Origin: an uncultured virus (IMG/VR IMGVR_UViG_3300047550_002736)
Taxonomy: Duplodnaviria > Heunggongvirae > Uroviricota > Caudoviricetes
Direction: 5' to 3' (one strand)
Length of the DNA stretch: 64,000 nucleotides
IMG/VR virus record: IMGVR_UViG_3300047550_002736
Position 1 is the first letter of the stretch. Each line of letters starts with the position of its first letter. Below are positions 8,599 to 19,040 of the stretch, one piece after another. The translations under genes and the position numbers were made by a program. The notes below the pieces were generated by a model. The model did not search any database. It was given only the letters and a program-made list of their open reading frames with translations, and was not told the origin of the DNA.

Positions 8599-11256
8599 AT
8601 GTATCAGAACATTTATTTCGATAAGAAAACAAACACATGTCATCTTTGGGACGATAAAAAGGGTTATACCAGTTTTGTATTTCGTCCTTATGCCTATCGC
8701 AAGCGACCCAACGGTAAATACAAGAGTATCTTTGGTGATGACTTGGAAAAGGTTTATAGTTTCAATCCCCGTGATCCATCATTGTTTGAGTCAGACGTTC
8801 CTATTGAGACACGTATTCTTATTGATGCGTATGAAGATAGTGACGATGTATCTGATGGTCATCGTGTGTTGTATCTTGATATTGAGGTCAGCACTGAAGG
8901 TGGGTTTCCAAATGTTGATGAAGCAGACAAGGAAATCACCGCTATTGCAATTTATGACAGTCTTACGTCAAAGTATACCGCTTTCATTTTGGACAGAAAT
9001 GGTTTGATGGAAGACACCGATAGTGATAATCGTGAAATTCGTTGTTTCACTGATGAAGATAGTTTGTTGACTCACTTTATTACCAAGTGGGAAGAAATTC
9101 AACCTACAATTGTGACTGGATGGAACAGTGAACAATTCGATATGCCATATCTGTATCGAAGAATGAAGAATGTAATTGGACCATCTCAAGCAAAACGAAT
9201 GAGTCCAATTGGAACTGTTTATATAAACGATTGGAGTAAAAAGTTGGTTGTTGCCGGTGTAACTCACTTGGATTACATGAAGTTGTATGAAAAGTTGAAC
9301 ATCAAGAAAGAGCCAAGTTACGCATTGGGTGCGATTGGTAAAAAGATCGTCAACATGGAAAAGATTACCTACAAGGGTAGTTTGGATGATTTGTATAAAG
9401 CCGACATCAACAAATATGTCGAGTATAACTTGAATGACGTGCAGATCATTGTGGCACTGGAGAAGAAACTACAGTTTATTGAGTTAGCTAGAGCTATTTG
9501 TCATAAAGGTCATGTGCCTTATGATTGTTATCAAATGAGTTCACGATTCATTGAGGGTGCGATTCTTATGTATCTTCGCCGTAAGGGTCAAGTTGCCAAG
9601 AACAAACCTTTGGAAGGTCGTGAGGAGTATGAACAGAGACTTGATGAAAATGAAGAAGGATTTGAAGGTGCGTATGTTAAGGCTCCTAAGCCTGGTCGTT
9701 ATGAGTGGGTATTTGATTTGGACCTTACATCAATGTATCCGAATATCATCATCAGTCTTAACATATCACCTGAGACCAAGATAGCTGTGATTGAACGTAT
9801 TGAATATGATGATCAATATGTTGCAGATCGCAGAGCTGAGTTGACTGAAGATTATAACAATCTGAGTGATTCAACACAAAAAGAAACTCCGTTGGAAGAA
9901 TATATTCAACAGAAGTTGTATATCTATAATGCGAAGATGTTTACACAAAACAGAGTGTCTTCGTATCATATTGGTGGTAATGTATATTCACAAGAACAAT
10001 TCAAAAAGTTAATATCCGAATCCAATTTGAGTGTTGCAAGTAACGGTGTATTGTATAACAAAGATATACCAGGTGTTATTCCCGAGATTCTTGTGAAGTG
10101 GTTCGATGAACGTAAAGAAATGCGTAAGTTGGCAAAGGATTATCATAAGAAAGGTGATGAGGGAATGTATGAGTTTTATGAACAACGTCAGAAGGTGCAA
10201 AAGGTTCTTCTCAATTCCATTTATGGTGTATTGGGTCTACCGATTTTTAGATTCTATGACAAGGATAATGCGAGCGCTGTCACTATAACTGGTCAAGATA
10301 TCATCAAGACGACGGGTAAAGCGATCAATGAATATTTCAAGAAGACATTGAATGAAACTGATGGTGATTGGGTGATTTATACAGATACGGACTCTTGTTT
10401 CGCAAGTGCGCTTCCAATCATTCAGAAAAACATGCCTGATATTGATACGAACGATGAAAAGGCGATGACTGAGGCTATTCTCAAAGTCACTGGTGAGGTT
10501 CAATCATTCGTGAATAAGTTTTATGATATGATGTCTCTTCGATTCTTCAATATTGAAAAACATCGGTTTGACGCAAAACAAGAAGTTATTGCCAAGACGG
10601 GATTTTGGTTGGCAAAGAAACGTTATGCCCAGTTCATCATCAACAATGGTGGGTTGGTTGTTAATGAAATGGAAGTGAAAGGTATTGACGTAGTTAGAAC
10701 GTCATTTCCAATTCAGTTCAGAAAGTTCATGCAACAGTTTTTGAATGATATTCTTCGCAAGACTGATAAACAAGTGATTGATCAAAATATCTTGACGTTT
10801 CTTGATAAAAATTTGGTTGATTCTCCAGTTATTGAAATTGCCAAGAACACTAGTGTAAAATTCAAGAGTGGTGGTGAATCAAAGACTGACTATAATCCTA
10901 AGACTCGTAGTAAGTTCAAGTATATCAAAGGAACAACTGCACAGGCAAAGGCAGCTTTGTTTTACAATGACTTATTGCAACATTGGGGTCTTGACAAGAT
11001 GGTTCCTCCAATCTTTCATGGACAAAAGATTAAGTGGGTATATCTCAAATCAAATGAATATGGATCAGAGTGTATTGCATTGAAAGCGGATGGAACAGAT
11101 CCAGACCAAATCATCGACTTCATTAACAAATATGTGGATAGAACCGCCATGTATGAACAAGAGTTGAAGGGTAAACTCATGGATTTTTATAATATTTTGA
11201 ATTGGGATTATCCTAATCAAACCGACAAAACTTTGGGTGAATTCTTTAGTTTCTGA
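8599..11256 (+). CDS. family B DNA polymerase (gp43-like)
   Basis: Exo motifs YLDIE, TGWNSEQFD, YNLND; polymerase motifs DLTSMYP, KVLLNSIYG, YTDTDS, KKRY. Confidence 0.97.
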   Translation: MYQNIYFDKKTNTCHLWDDKKGYTSFVFRPYAYRKRPNGKYKSIFGDDLEKVYSFNPRDPSLFESDVPIETRILIDAYEDSDDVSDGHRVLYLDIEVSTEGGFPNVDEADKEITAIAIYDSLTSKYTAFILDRNGLMEDTDSDNREIRCFTDEDSLLTHFITKWEEIQPTIVTGWNSEQFDMPYLYRRMKNVIGPSQAKRMSPIGTVYINDWSKKLVVAGVTHLDYMKLYEKLNIKKEPSYALGAIGKKIVNMEKITYKGSLDDLYKADINKYVEYNLNDVQIIVALEKKLQFIELARAICHKGHVPYDCYQMSSRFIEGAILMYLRRKGQVAKNKPLEGREEYEQRLDENEEGFEGAYVKAPKPGRYEWVFDLDLTSMYPNIIISLNISPETKIAVIERIEYDDQYVADRRAELTEDYNNLSDSTQKETPLEEYIQQKLYIYNAKMFTQNRVSSYHIGGNVYSQEQFKKLISESNLSVASNGVLYNKDIPGVIPEILVKWFDERKEMRKLAKDYHKKGDEGMYEFYEQRQKVQKVLLNSIYGVLGLPIFRFYDKDNASAVTITGQDIIKTTGKAINEYFKKTLNETDGDWVIYTDTDSCFASALPIIQKNMPDIDTNDEKAMTEAILKVTGEVQSFVNKFYDMMSLRFFNIEKHRFDAKQEVIAKTGFWLAKKRYAQFIINNGGLVVNEMEVKGIDVVRTSFPIQFRKFMQQFLNDILRKTDKQVIDQNILTFLDKNLVDSPVIEIAKNTSVKFKSGGESKTDYNPKTRSKFKYIKGTTAQAKAALFYNDLLQHWGLDKMVPPIFHGQKIKWVYLKSNEYGSECIALKADGTDPDQIIDFINKYVDRTAMYEQELKGKLMDFYNILNWDYPNQTDKTLGEFFSF

Positions 11257-11281
11257 CTATATATGATTGATTATATTGTTT

Positions 11282-12484
11282 ATGACAAAATCAAACATAG
11301 AAAGTCTTATCTATAAAAATAGGTCCGAAGTTAAAGATGGTAATTTTGTTACCTACATTGTAAAAAGTAAAACGACATTGCATGAAGCTGCTAAAGCAAT
11401 TGCAATTGGCCAAAGCATTGGCAATCCCAATAAACGGTCTGAGTTTGAAACAGACAAACTAATAGAAAAATTTTGTTGTAAAATCATATCTGTAGAAGAA
11501 ACAAATAAAAGTGAGGGTAAGGTAGTAATATTTTACCCGGACACTAATTTTAATTATAAAGAGGATGGTATCTCACATTTTCTTACTACATTGATGGGCG
11601 GACAACTTGATATTGATATAATTGAAAAATGTAGATTGGAAGACATTGAATTTTCACTACATTTCAGATCATTCTTTTCTGGTCCAAATTTAGGATTGAA
11701 TGAAATACGTAAGTTAACTAATACTTACAATAAACCATTGTTTGGTGGAATTATCAAACCAAAGATTGGATTGAATGCGGAAGATTACTTTGAGGTGTTT
11801 AAAATTTATGCAGACAATGGTTGTAACTTTATTAAAGAAGATGAAATATTGTCTAACCAGTCATTTTGTTCAATTAGAAAAAGACTAGAACGTGTAGCAA
11901 ATTATATACGCACAAACAATATTAAGTTGGTATATTGTCCATCCATTACATGCGACCATAAATACTTAGAAAGTCGTGTGGAGAAAATAGAAAAGATGGG
12001 TATCAATGGTGTCCACATCAATATTCATAGTGGATATGGTGCTTATAAGTTGGTAAAAGATTCATTCAGAAATATGTATCTTCACTATCAAAAGAGTGGA
12101 GATAGACTTTGGACAAATCCACAACATAATTTTTCTATAAATGAAACGGTATTATTTGAAATTGCTAGTAGATGTGGATGTTCTACGCTTCATGTAGGTA
12201 TGATTGGTGGATATCTCAACAGCGATTCCGAAAGTTTGAAACGATCAATCAAAAAACTAGTAGAGTTGAATTCAGTATCAGCTTTGAGTTGTGGCCTACA
12301 TCCTGGTTTGATTGATTATATAACCAATGAACTTGGTCATGTTGACTGGATGGGAAATGTTGGAGGATCTATTTCATCACATCCTATGGGAGCCAAGGCT
12401 GGGGTTAAAGCTATGGTTCAGGCAATAAATAAGGTGTATGGCGAGGAATATAACAAAGCTATAGAAGTGTGGGGCAAAAAATGA
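11282..12484 (+). CDS. RuBisCO-like protein (form IV, RLP)
   Basis: GP.LG...IR, PLFGGIIKPKIGL, FIKEDE, LHVG, SCGLHPG, VGGSISSHPMG..AG..A; several carboxylase residues are substituted. Confidence 0.9.
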   Translation: MTKSNIESLIYKNRSEVKDGNFVTYIVKSKTTLHEAAKAIAIGQSIGNPNKRSEFETDKLIEKFCCKIISVEETNKSEGKVVIFYPDTNFNYKEDGISHFLTTLMGGQLDIDIIEKCRLEDIEFSLHFRSFFSGPNLGLNEIRKLTNTYNKPLFGGIIKPKIGLNAEDYFEVFKIYADNGCNFIKEDEILSNQSFCSIRKRLERVANYIRTNNIKLVYCPSITCDHKYLESRVEKIEKMGINGVHINIHSGYGAYKLVKDSFRNMYLHYQKSGDRLWTNPQHNFSINETVLFEIASRCGCSTLHVGMIGGYLNSDSESLKRSIKKLVELNSVSALSCGLHPGLIDYITNELGHVDWMGNVGGSISSHPMGAKAGVKAMVQAINKVYGEEYNKAIEVWGKK

Positions 12485-13218
12485 ATCATTTAAACATTGT
12501 TATTCCAGCAGCTGGGTTGGGTAAAAGATTCAATACAAACAAACCCAAGCCTCTGTTGGATGTCAATGGAAAACCTATGCTTGCAAGAGTGTTGGAAAAC
12601 TTTAATCAACATTTAAATGTATCATTTACAGTTTGTATCTTAAAAGAACATGAGTCCAAATACAATATTATAGATACCATCTACGAATATATTAAAGAAC
12701 AAGACATAGATGTTACATATTTTATTGTTAACGAACTACAAGCTGGACCGGCAAAAACATGTTATCTTACAAAAGAAGTGTTAGATGAAGAAGAACAGTT
12801 AATTATAGTCAATTGTGACCAGATAATTTTTGATCTTGATTTGTCTAAATTTATTAATTTTGCAAATAAAAATGGTGTTGATGGTGTGGTCGGCACATTT
12901 TATTCAAACAGTCCTAAAAATAGTTATATCAAATTAGACGACGAAGGAAATATAACTCAAATTAAGGAAAAGATAGTATTAAGCAATTATGCAACGAATG
13001 GTTTACACTATTGGTCTAAAGCAAAACATTTTTACAATTCGTGTGATAAAATGTTTGCCAATAATGACACAGTAAACAATGAATTTTACATCGCACCTAG
13101 TTACAATTATATGATTGATGATGGAATGAAAGTAATTCAATATTTCTTCAATGAACATTATCCAATAGGTATACCACAAGATTTAGAGAAATTTAAAAAG
13201 TTATATGCAAATTTTTGA
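12481..13218 (+). CDS. sugar nucleotidyltransferase (NTP_transferase family)
   Basis: IVIPAAGLGKRF, PKPLLDVNGKPM, NCDQ, IKEK, NNEFYIAP, IGIPQDL. Confidence 0.88.
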   Translation: MNHLNIVIPAAGLGKRFNTNKPKPLLDVNGKPMLARVLENFNQHLNVSFTVCILKEHESKYNIIDTIYEYIKEQDIDVTYFIVNELQAGPAKTCYLTKEVLDEEEQLIIVNCDQIIFDLDLSKFINFANKNGVDGVVGTFYSNSPKNSYIKLDDEGNITQIKEKIVLSNYATNGLHYWSKAKHFYNSCDKMFANNDTVNNEFYIAPSYNYMIDDGMKVIQYFFNEHYPIGIPQDLEKFKKLYANF

Positions 13219-13531
13219 TTCTACCCCATACATGAAACAAGGAGGTTGGTTTGTTGGAAACTTTGAACCAACAGTATTTAAGACTGACCAATTTGAAGTG
13301 AGTTATAAACTTCATTACAAAGGTGAAGAATGGCCAAAACATCATCATAAGTTAAGCACCGAGATTAATTTTTTGATTCGTGGCAAAATGTTAATCAATG
13401 ACGTTTTGATTGATGCTGGTAAAATATTTGTTGTTGATAAAAATGAATCGGTCAAACCAATATTTCTTGAAGACTGTGAATTTATAGTGATCAAAACACC
13501 ATCAGTAGCAAATGACAAATATAACGATTGA
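13205..13531 (+). CDS. cupin-domain protein
   Basis: GGWFVGNF, HHHKLSTEINFLIRG, VIKTPS. Confidence 0.75.
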   Translation: MQIFDSTPYMKQGGWFVGNFEPTVFKTDQFEVSYKLHYKGEEWPKHHHKLSTEINFLIRGKMLINDVLIDAGKIFVVDKNESVKPIFLEDCEFIVIKTPSVANDKYND

Positions 13532-13534
13532 AAT

Positions 13535-14173
13535 ATGAAAGAGTGTTATAAAGATCAAATAGTCAAATACAAAACTGATATATTTGGATTACTACAAATT
13601 CCAAGTTTTGTCAACCCGGATTTAAATAATTACGATGATATGGGATATGCTTATGAAGAAATTAGACCATATCTAGAAATAACTGATTGTAATTTGAGTT
13701 CTTTGGAGACAATTTTAGATAAAATTTTAGTAAAAAATATAGTAGAGATTGGTGTGGCACGTAATGGAAATAGGTCATTTACTCATACATTAATAAAACG
13801 AAAAACTAAAGATGGAATTTATTGTGGAATCGATTTAGACGATAAATCTTTTCTAAACGATAACGAAAACAAAGTATATACAATCAGATCCAACTCTCAT
13901 GATCAAGATATTATTCGAAATTATCTTAAAGAAATTGGTATGAACAAAATAGATGTATTGTTCATAGATGGATGGCACTCAATCAATACTGTTATTAATG
14001 ACTGGAAGTATTCAGATTTGTTATCAGACAAAGGTGTTGTAATATTTCACGATACCAATTATCATCCAGGACCAAATATATTTTTGGATTTCATTGACAG
14101 AAACATTTACACCGTGATAGAGTATTGCACTAATCTAGACGACTATGGATTAGCAGCTGCTTTCAAAAAGTAA
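13535..14173 (+). CDS. class I SAM-dependent methyltransferase
   Basis: IVEIGV, IDVLFIDGWHS, GVVIFHD. Confidence 0.85.
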   Translation: MKECYKDQIVKYKTDIFGLLQIPSFVNPDLNNYDDMGYAYEEIRPYLEITDCNLSSLETILDKILVKNIVEIGVARNGNRSFTHTLIKRKTKDGIYCGIDLDDKSFLNDNENKVYTIRSNSHDQDIIRNYLKEIGMNKIDVLFIDGWHSINTVINDWKYSDLLSDKGVVIFHDTNYHPGPNIFLDFIDRNIYTVIEYCTNLDDYGLAAAFKK

Positions 14174-14186
14174 ATAATGTTATTGA

Positions 14187-14600
14187 ATGAAAAAATACGA
14201 AGACCTGTTACAGTTACCAATAGACGGTGCTAAAATAAAGATATATACCTCTGTAGATGATGAAATTGCTACTCAATATCAACGTGTAGTAATTGGTCAA
14301 CGTGGACCATATGTGGAATTTACTAGTAGTCAAATATATTGTGATAAACTATACATTCCTAAGAGTCAATTGTATAGATTAAGTGATCCAAAAGTATATT
14401 ATATAGAATTTAGAACAAACAACACAAACGTCAAGGTATATTATCAGATGCGTAGTGTTGCGTATGCAGATTATAAAATTGGTAACTTCTACATATCCCC
14501 CGAACATTTGTTTTATCTCAAAGATAATCAATTAGAGAAATGTATCAAGAATAAAGAAAATATTTCGGTGATTCCAGAAGAATTTTTTGAAACAGTTTGA
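14187..14600 (+). CDS. hypothetical protein
   Basis: 137 aa ORF; YQRVVIGQRGPYVEF...VAYADYK. Confidence 0.6.
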   Translation: MKKYEDLLQLPIDGAKIKIYTSVDDEIATQYQRVVIGQRGPYVEFTSSQIYCDKLYIPKSQLYRLSDPKVYYIEFRTNNTNVKVYYQMRSVAYADYKIGNFYISPEHLFYLKDNQLEKCIKNKENISVIPEEFFETV

Positions 14601-14625
14601 CACAAACAAGCAAGTATAGTAGCAT
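14597..14625 (+). promoter_or_regulatory. sigma70-like promoter for clamp and clamp loader
   Basis: TTGACA-17nt-TAGCAT, 9 nt before ATG 14635. Confidence 0.55.
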
Positions 14626-14634
14626 AGTAAAGTT

Positions 14635-15372
14635 ATGAAGAAAAATACACTAAACACATTTATAGACAAGTATTCACTCAACGGAACCATTGAATCTGTT
14701 AAGTGGGTAGTTAACTCAAAGGAAAAGACCATCAAGACATCCGCAATCAGTGATGATAAGAATGTTTTGGCATTTGTAACCATCAAGGATAACGATGGTC
14801 TTGAAGACTTGGAAATTGGTGTTAATGACACTGCCAAGTTGAAGAAGATGTTGACGGTTCTTGGTGATGATGTAACCATCTCTCCAGTCAAGACCAACGA
14901 CAAGGTAACGTCACTTATGATCAACAGTGTCGATACCGACATTCAGTATGTTACCGCAGATCTAAGTGTTATTCCTAAGACTGCTGAACTCAAGAAGTTG
15001 CCTCCATTCAATTTGGAGATTCCGTTGACCAAGGAGTTTGTTTCTACATTTGTTAAGGCAAAAGGTGCATTGAGTGATATTGATATTTTTACACTTAACG
15101 CCGATAAGAAGGGTAAGATCAAGATGACTTTGGGGTATAGTAATACCAACAGTAATAGAATCAATATTGATATCAAAGCATCTGAGGGTAAGGATAAGAT
15201 TAGTAAGACCCTTCATTTCAGTGCTAAGTATCTAAAGGAGATCTTGACTTCAAACACTGATTGTGATAATGCTGTATTGAAGATCAGTGACGCAGGTATT
15301 GCGAACGTTGAGTTCAACAATGATTTGTTCAACAGCAATTATTTTCTGATCGAATTCAAGAATATTGACTAA
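14635..15372 (+). CDS. DNA polymerase sliding clamp (gp45/PCNA-like)
   Basis: 245 aa, beta-rich, FSAKYLKEIL motif, directly upstream of the clamp loader. Confidence 0.7.
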   Translation: MKKNTLNTFIDKYSLNGTIESVKWVVNSKEKTIKTSAISDDKNVLAFVTIKDNDGLEDLEIGVNDTAKLKKMLTVLGDDVTISPVKTNDKVTSLMINSVDTDIQYVTADLSVIPKTAELKKLPPFNLEIPLTKEFVSTFVKAKGALSDIDIFTLNADKKGKIKMTLGYSNTNSNRINIDIKASEGKDKISKTLHFSAKYLKEILTSNTDCDNAVLKISDAGIANVEFNNDLFNSNYFLIEFKNID

Positions 15373-15380
15373 TATAAATT

Positions 15381-16340
15381 ATGAGTTTCTTTACTGAAAC
15401 AGAACAACCTCAAGTTTCTGATCATGGCGTTTGGGCTGAAAAGTATCGTCCAGACACATTGGAAGATTATATCTGTGATGAACGTGTCAGATCCATCATC
15501 TCAGACTTTATTACCAAGAAAGATGTGCCTGGACATTTGTTGTTTCATGGTAATGCAGGAACTGGTAAGACTACACTTGCGAAGATTATCACCAAGAATA
15601 TTCCATGTGATGTAATGTATGTCAACGCATCAGATAATACTGGTGTTGATTTTGTTCGTGATAAGATCAAGCCATTTGCTTCAACGATGGGTTTCAATGA
15701 TCTTAAGATTGTAATTCTTGATGAGTCTGATTATATGTCTACAAACTCACAGGCATCACTTCGTAATCTGATGGAGACCTACAGTAAGACAACCAGATTT
15801 ATTCTTACTTGTAACTACATTGATAAGATTATTGAACCGTTGTTCAGTAGAACTCAAGTGTTCAAGTTGGAACCTCCTACGATGAAGGATGTAGCAATGT
15901 ATATTGTTAAGATCCTTACAAAGGAGAATATTACATATGATATGCCAACTGTTGCGACTGTGGTTAAAGAGTATTATCCAGATATTCGTAAAATCGTCAA
16001 TGTTGTTCAACAGAGTTCAACCAGTGGTAACTTGGAACTGGTCAAACTTCAGACCGCAAACGCGGATGTTAAGAACAAATTGGTTTCAATTCTAAAGACC
16101 GTCAAGACCAACAAGAAGGCATTTACTGAGATTAGACAGTTGGTAAATGATGCAGGAATCAAACACTTTGATGAGTTGTATTCTGAGTTGTATAATAAAT
16201 CGCCAGAATATGACAATGGACATAGTATTAGTGTGATTGTAGACATATCTGAAAGTTTGTATCAAAATGCGTTAGTGATTGACAAAGAAATTACTTTCAT
16301 GGCATGTATAGCAAAGATCATAAAGGGAATATCTAAGTAA
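15381..16340 (+). CDS. clamp loader ATPase (gp44/RFC small subunit-like)
   Basis: WAEKYRP, GNAGTGKTT, NASD, ILDESD, RFILTCNY. Confidence 0.93.
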   Translation: MSFFTETEQPQVSDHGVWAEKYRPDTLEDYICDERVRSIISDFITKKDVPGHLLFHGNAGTGKTTLAKIITKNIPCDVMYVNASDNTGVDFVRDKIKPFASTMGFNDLKIVILDESDYMSTNSQASLRNLMETYSKTTRFILTCNYIDKIIEPLFSRTQVFKLEPPTMKDVAMYIVKILTKENITYDMPTVATVVKEYYPDIRKIVNVVQQSSTSGNLELVKLQTANADVKNKLVSILKTVKTNKKAFTEIRQLVNDAGIKHFDELYSELYNKSPEYDNGHSISVIVDISESLYQNALVIDKEITFMACIAKIIKGISK

Positions 16341-16371
16341 TTGTAAAAAGTAAGATTATATCCACTCACAC

Positions 16372-16378
16372 TATTTAT
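16372..16378 (+). promoter_or_regulatory. TATTTAT putative late promoter motif
   Basis: 6 nt upstream of ATG 16385. Confidence 0.5.
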
Positions 16379-16384
16379 TTCCAA

Positions 16385-19033
16385 ATGGATTCTAAGAAAA
16401 AAGTTATTTATTTTGGAGCAGATGGTGTGAGTGGATATGCGAATGCGATAAAAGGATATATTTATGATTTAATAAAAAATGATAATGAAGTATATTTTTA
16501 CCCTTTAACTATACCTTATAAAAATGATGGAACTGAATATTACAACTTTTATAAAAATAATGTAAAAAAGTTACCGTTATTTAATCGTATTAAAAAGTTA
16601 GAAGGTGCTGAAGTAGTTATACACTCATCTCCCGATACATGGAATAGATTGATTGAAGAAAATAAAGATCTATTATTTGATAAAAAAATAATAGGTAGAA
16701 CTGTGTGGGATTTTGATCCTTTGCCAGAAGATTGGGTCAATCATATAAATAAAAGTATTGTCAACATTGTGAGTGTGCCATCTACATGGTGCAGAGAAAT
16801 TTTTATTAATTCTGGTGTCAAAAAAGACATAATTGTTGAACCACACACAATTCCAGATATTTCATATAAAAAATATCAATTAGTTGATTTAATTAATCAT
16901 GCGAAGGTGTATAGTTCAGTTCCAATAAATTTTGAGAGAATTATTGACCGTGTAAAGTTTTTGAATGTTTCTTCATTAGCATTGAGAAAAAATATTAATT
17001 TCATAGTTGAGTCTTATTTGGATACATTTAGTTATGAAGATGAAACTGTTTTAATATTAAAATTAACTGATCTTAAAGAGAATTTAAAACAATCTGACGA
17101 TAATATCAAAAAAATTATTGTCAATAAAATAAAAAATAAAAATAAAAATTTTGCATATGCTCCTATTATAATAATTGATGATTTCATGACATTTGATCAA
17201 ATGCAAAGTTTATATGATAATGTCGATATATACATCAACGCTTCTAATGGTGAAGGATTTAATTTGCCATGTTTTAATTCCAAAATAAAAAATAAATATA
17301 TAGTTACTCCTTTACATGGTGGACTCACAGATTATTTGCATGATTACAAAAATTTATATGAAGTTAATTATAACACGATAAATATATCAAGTAGAGATAA
17401 GTCTTCACGAAATCAATCATTATGGATAAGTTTGAATACAAAAGGAATATCTCCATCTTATGATGATTTTGTAAATCAACTTAAAGAATCGTATTATGTT
17501 AATATTAACAAATCAATTTATTTTGAAAGTATTGAATTATACAAACCATATACCACAGACACAGAAAATTCATCACTGTTTCCAATATGGTTAAAAGATG
17601 GATGGCATAAAGAAAATATAATTAATGGAGTATGGAGCAAAAAAGAAGCTGAAATTGTTGTAGGTGACAGTGTATTAAAATTCGAAGCAGTATTAGAAAT
17701 TACAAAAAACACATCGTTTAGATTGAATGTAGATGGTATAGAAAAAACTTACGATTTAAAACGTGGTCAGTATTCATTTAAAATCATTTCAAAAGATAAA
17801 AAACATATTAAGTTTTATATAGAAACTACATCTAATGGAACTAATATAGGCCATGAACAAAACAAAGAATATGGAATTAAATTGGTAGATATTTATGTTA
17901 ACGGTATAAAAAACAATACCAGTAGATTGCAATTACGTGAAGAAAATTTCGATGAATCTATATTCAAAAATGCACTAAAAGTTATTAATAAATCTGTTAT
18001 AGTTGATAAAGGACAATATGGAGATATTATTATTAAATTTAAAAATATTGTTGACTCAAACAAATTTAATAAAAAAATTAGTTTAGAAAAACAACTTTCT
18101 TTCTATTCACATAGATCTGGATGGAATTACGTTTTACATGGGTTAAGTGCATTAAATTCAAACAACGGAGTATATTGCGATGGGTTTATTGAAAATAACT
18201 TTGCGATGAGAAAACATGAATGTGTTTTAAAAAATACAATACCATACAGTAAGTCCTGGATTGGTTTCATACACAACCCTCCAAATATGCCGCCATGGTT
18301 TTCTGATATAAATGTATTTAATAATTTAATATTTAAAGATCCATATTTTATAGAAAGTTTGAGAAAATGTAAAGGAATATATACATTGTCAGAATATCAT
18401 GCTAAAATTGTGAGAAAATATATTCCGCATGTGCCAGTTGAAAGTTTATTTCATCCCACTGAAATACCAGAGTTACAATTTGATTTTGATGAATTTGTAA
18501 AAAATGAAGATAAAAAATTAGTAACTATTGGATGGTGGTTACGAAAACTAAATGCTTTATATACAGTAAAAACAAACGATTACAAAAAAATAAGATTGTT
18601 ATCCAACAACAACTCTAAAGATAAGATCTTTGAGTTAGAGAAAATCGAGGAAATCACCAGTAATCAACATATTACAGATGAACAAAGAAAGTCTGTAAAA
18701 ACATTAGACTTTTTATCAAATGATGAATATGATAAAATTTTGTCAGAAAATTTAGTATATTTAGATTTGTATGATTGTAGTGCTAATAACGTAATAATTG
18801 AGTGTATTGCACGTGGAACACCATTATTTATAAATAGACTACCAGCAGTTGTTGAATATTTAGGAGAATCATATCCATTATATATTGACAGTATATATGA
18901 TCTGGAAGACAAGTTAAAAGATTATGATCTTATTCGCAGAGCACATTTATATTTAAAAACAATACGCTACAAAGTGGAGATTGGTCATTTCTTAGAAACA
19001 ATGGTAAATTCAAACATATACAAAAATTTGTAA
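16385..19033 (+). CDS. multidomain glycosyltransferase (GT4 domain, accessory beta domain, C-terminal GT-B-like domain)
   Basis: SGYA, RKNI, GEGFNLP; C-terminal HRSGW, GWWLRK, SANNVIIECIARGTP. Confidence 0.75.
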   Translation: MDSKKKVIYFGADGVSGYANAIKGYIYDLIKNDNEVYFYPLTIPYKNDGTEYYNFYKNNVKKLPLFNRIKKLEGAEVVIHSSPDTWNRLIEENKDLLFDKKIIGRTVWDFDPLPEDWVNHINKSIVNIVSVPSTWCREIFINSGVKKDIIVEPHTIPDISYKKYQLVDLINHAKVYSSVPINFERIIDRVKFLNVSSLALRKNINFIVESYLDTFSYEDETVLILKLTDLKENLKQSDDNIKKIIVNKIKNKNKNFAYAPIIIIDDFMTFDQMQSLYDNVDIYINASNGEGFNLPCFNSKIKNKYIVTPLHGGLTDYLHDYKNLYEVNYNTINISSRDKSSRNQSLWISLNTKGISPSYDDFVNQLKESYYVNINKSIYFESIELYKPYTTDTENSSLFPIWLKDGWHKENIINGVWSKKEAEIVVGDSVLKFEAVLEITKNTSFRLNVDGIEKTYDLKRGQYSFKIISKDKKHIKFYIETTSNGTNIGHEQNKEYGIKLVDIYVNGIKNNTSRLQLREENFDESIFKNALKVINKSVIVDKGQYGDIIIKFKNIVDSNKFNKKISLEKQLSFYSHRSGWNYVLHGLSALNSNNGVYCDGFIENNFAMRKHECVLKNTIPYSKSWIGFIHNPPNMPPWFSDINVFNNLIFKDPYFIESLRKCKGIYTLSEYHAKIVRKYIPHVPVESLFHPTEIPELQFDFDEFVKNEDKKLVTIGWWLRKLNALYTVKTNDYKKIRLLSNNNSKDKIFELEKIEEITSNQHITDEQRKSVKTLDFLSNDEYDKILSENLVYLDLYDCSANNVIIECIARGTPLFINRLPAVVEYLGESYPLYIDSIYDLEDKLKDYDLIRRAHLYLKTIRYKVEIGHFLETMVNSNIYKNL

Positions 19034-19040
19034 CAATTTT

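Noticed and set aside
8599..11256. Intein or intron in the DNA polymerase
   Set aside because: Continuous 885-aa ORF with all motifs in order and no intein-like C...HN block or LAGLIDADG motif
11282..12484. Bona fide CO2-fixing RuBisCO as an auxiliary metabolic gene
   Set aside because: Residues equivalent to E60, N123, H294 and K334 appear substituted; no rbcS or prk in the window
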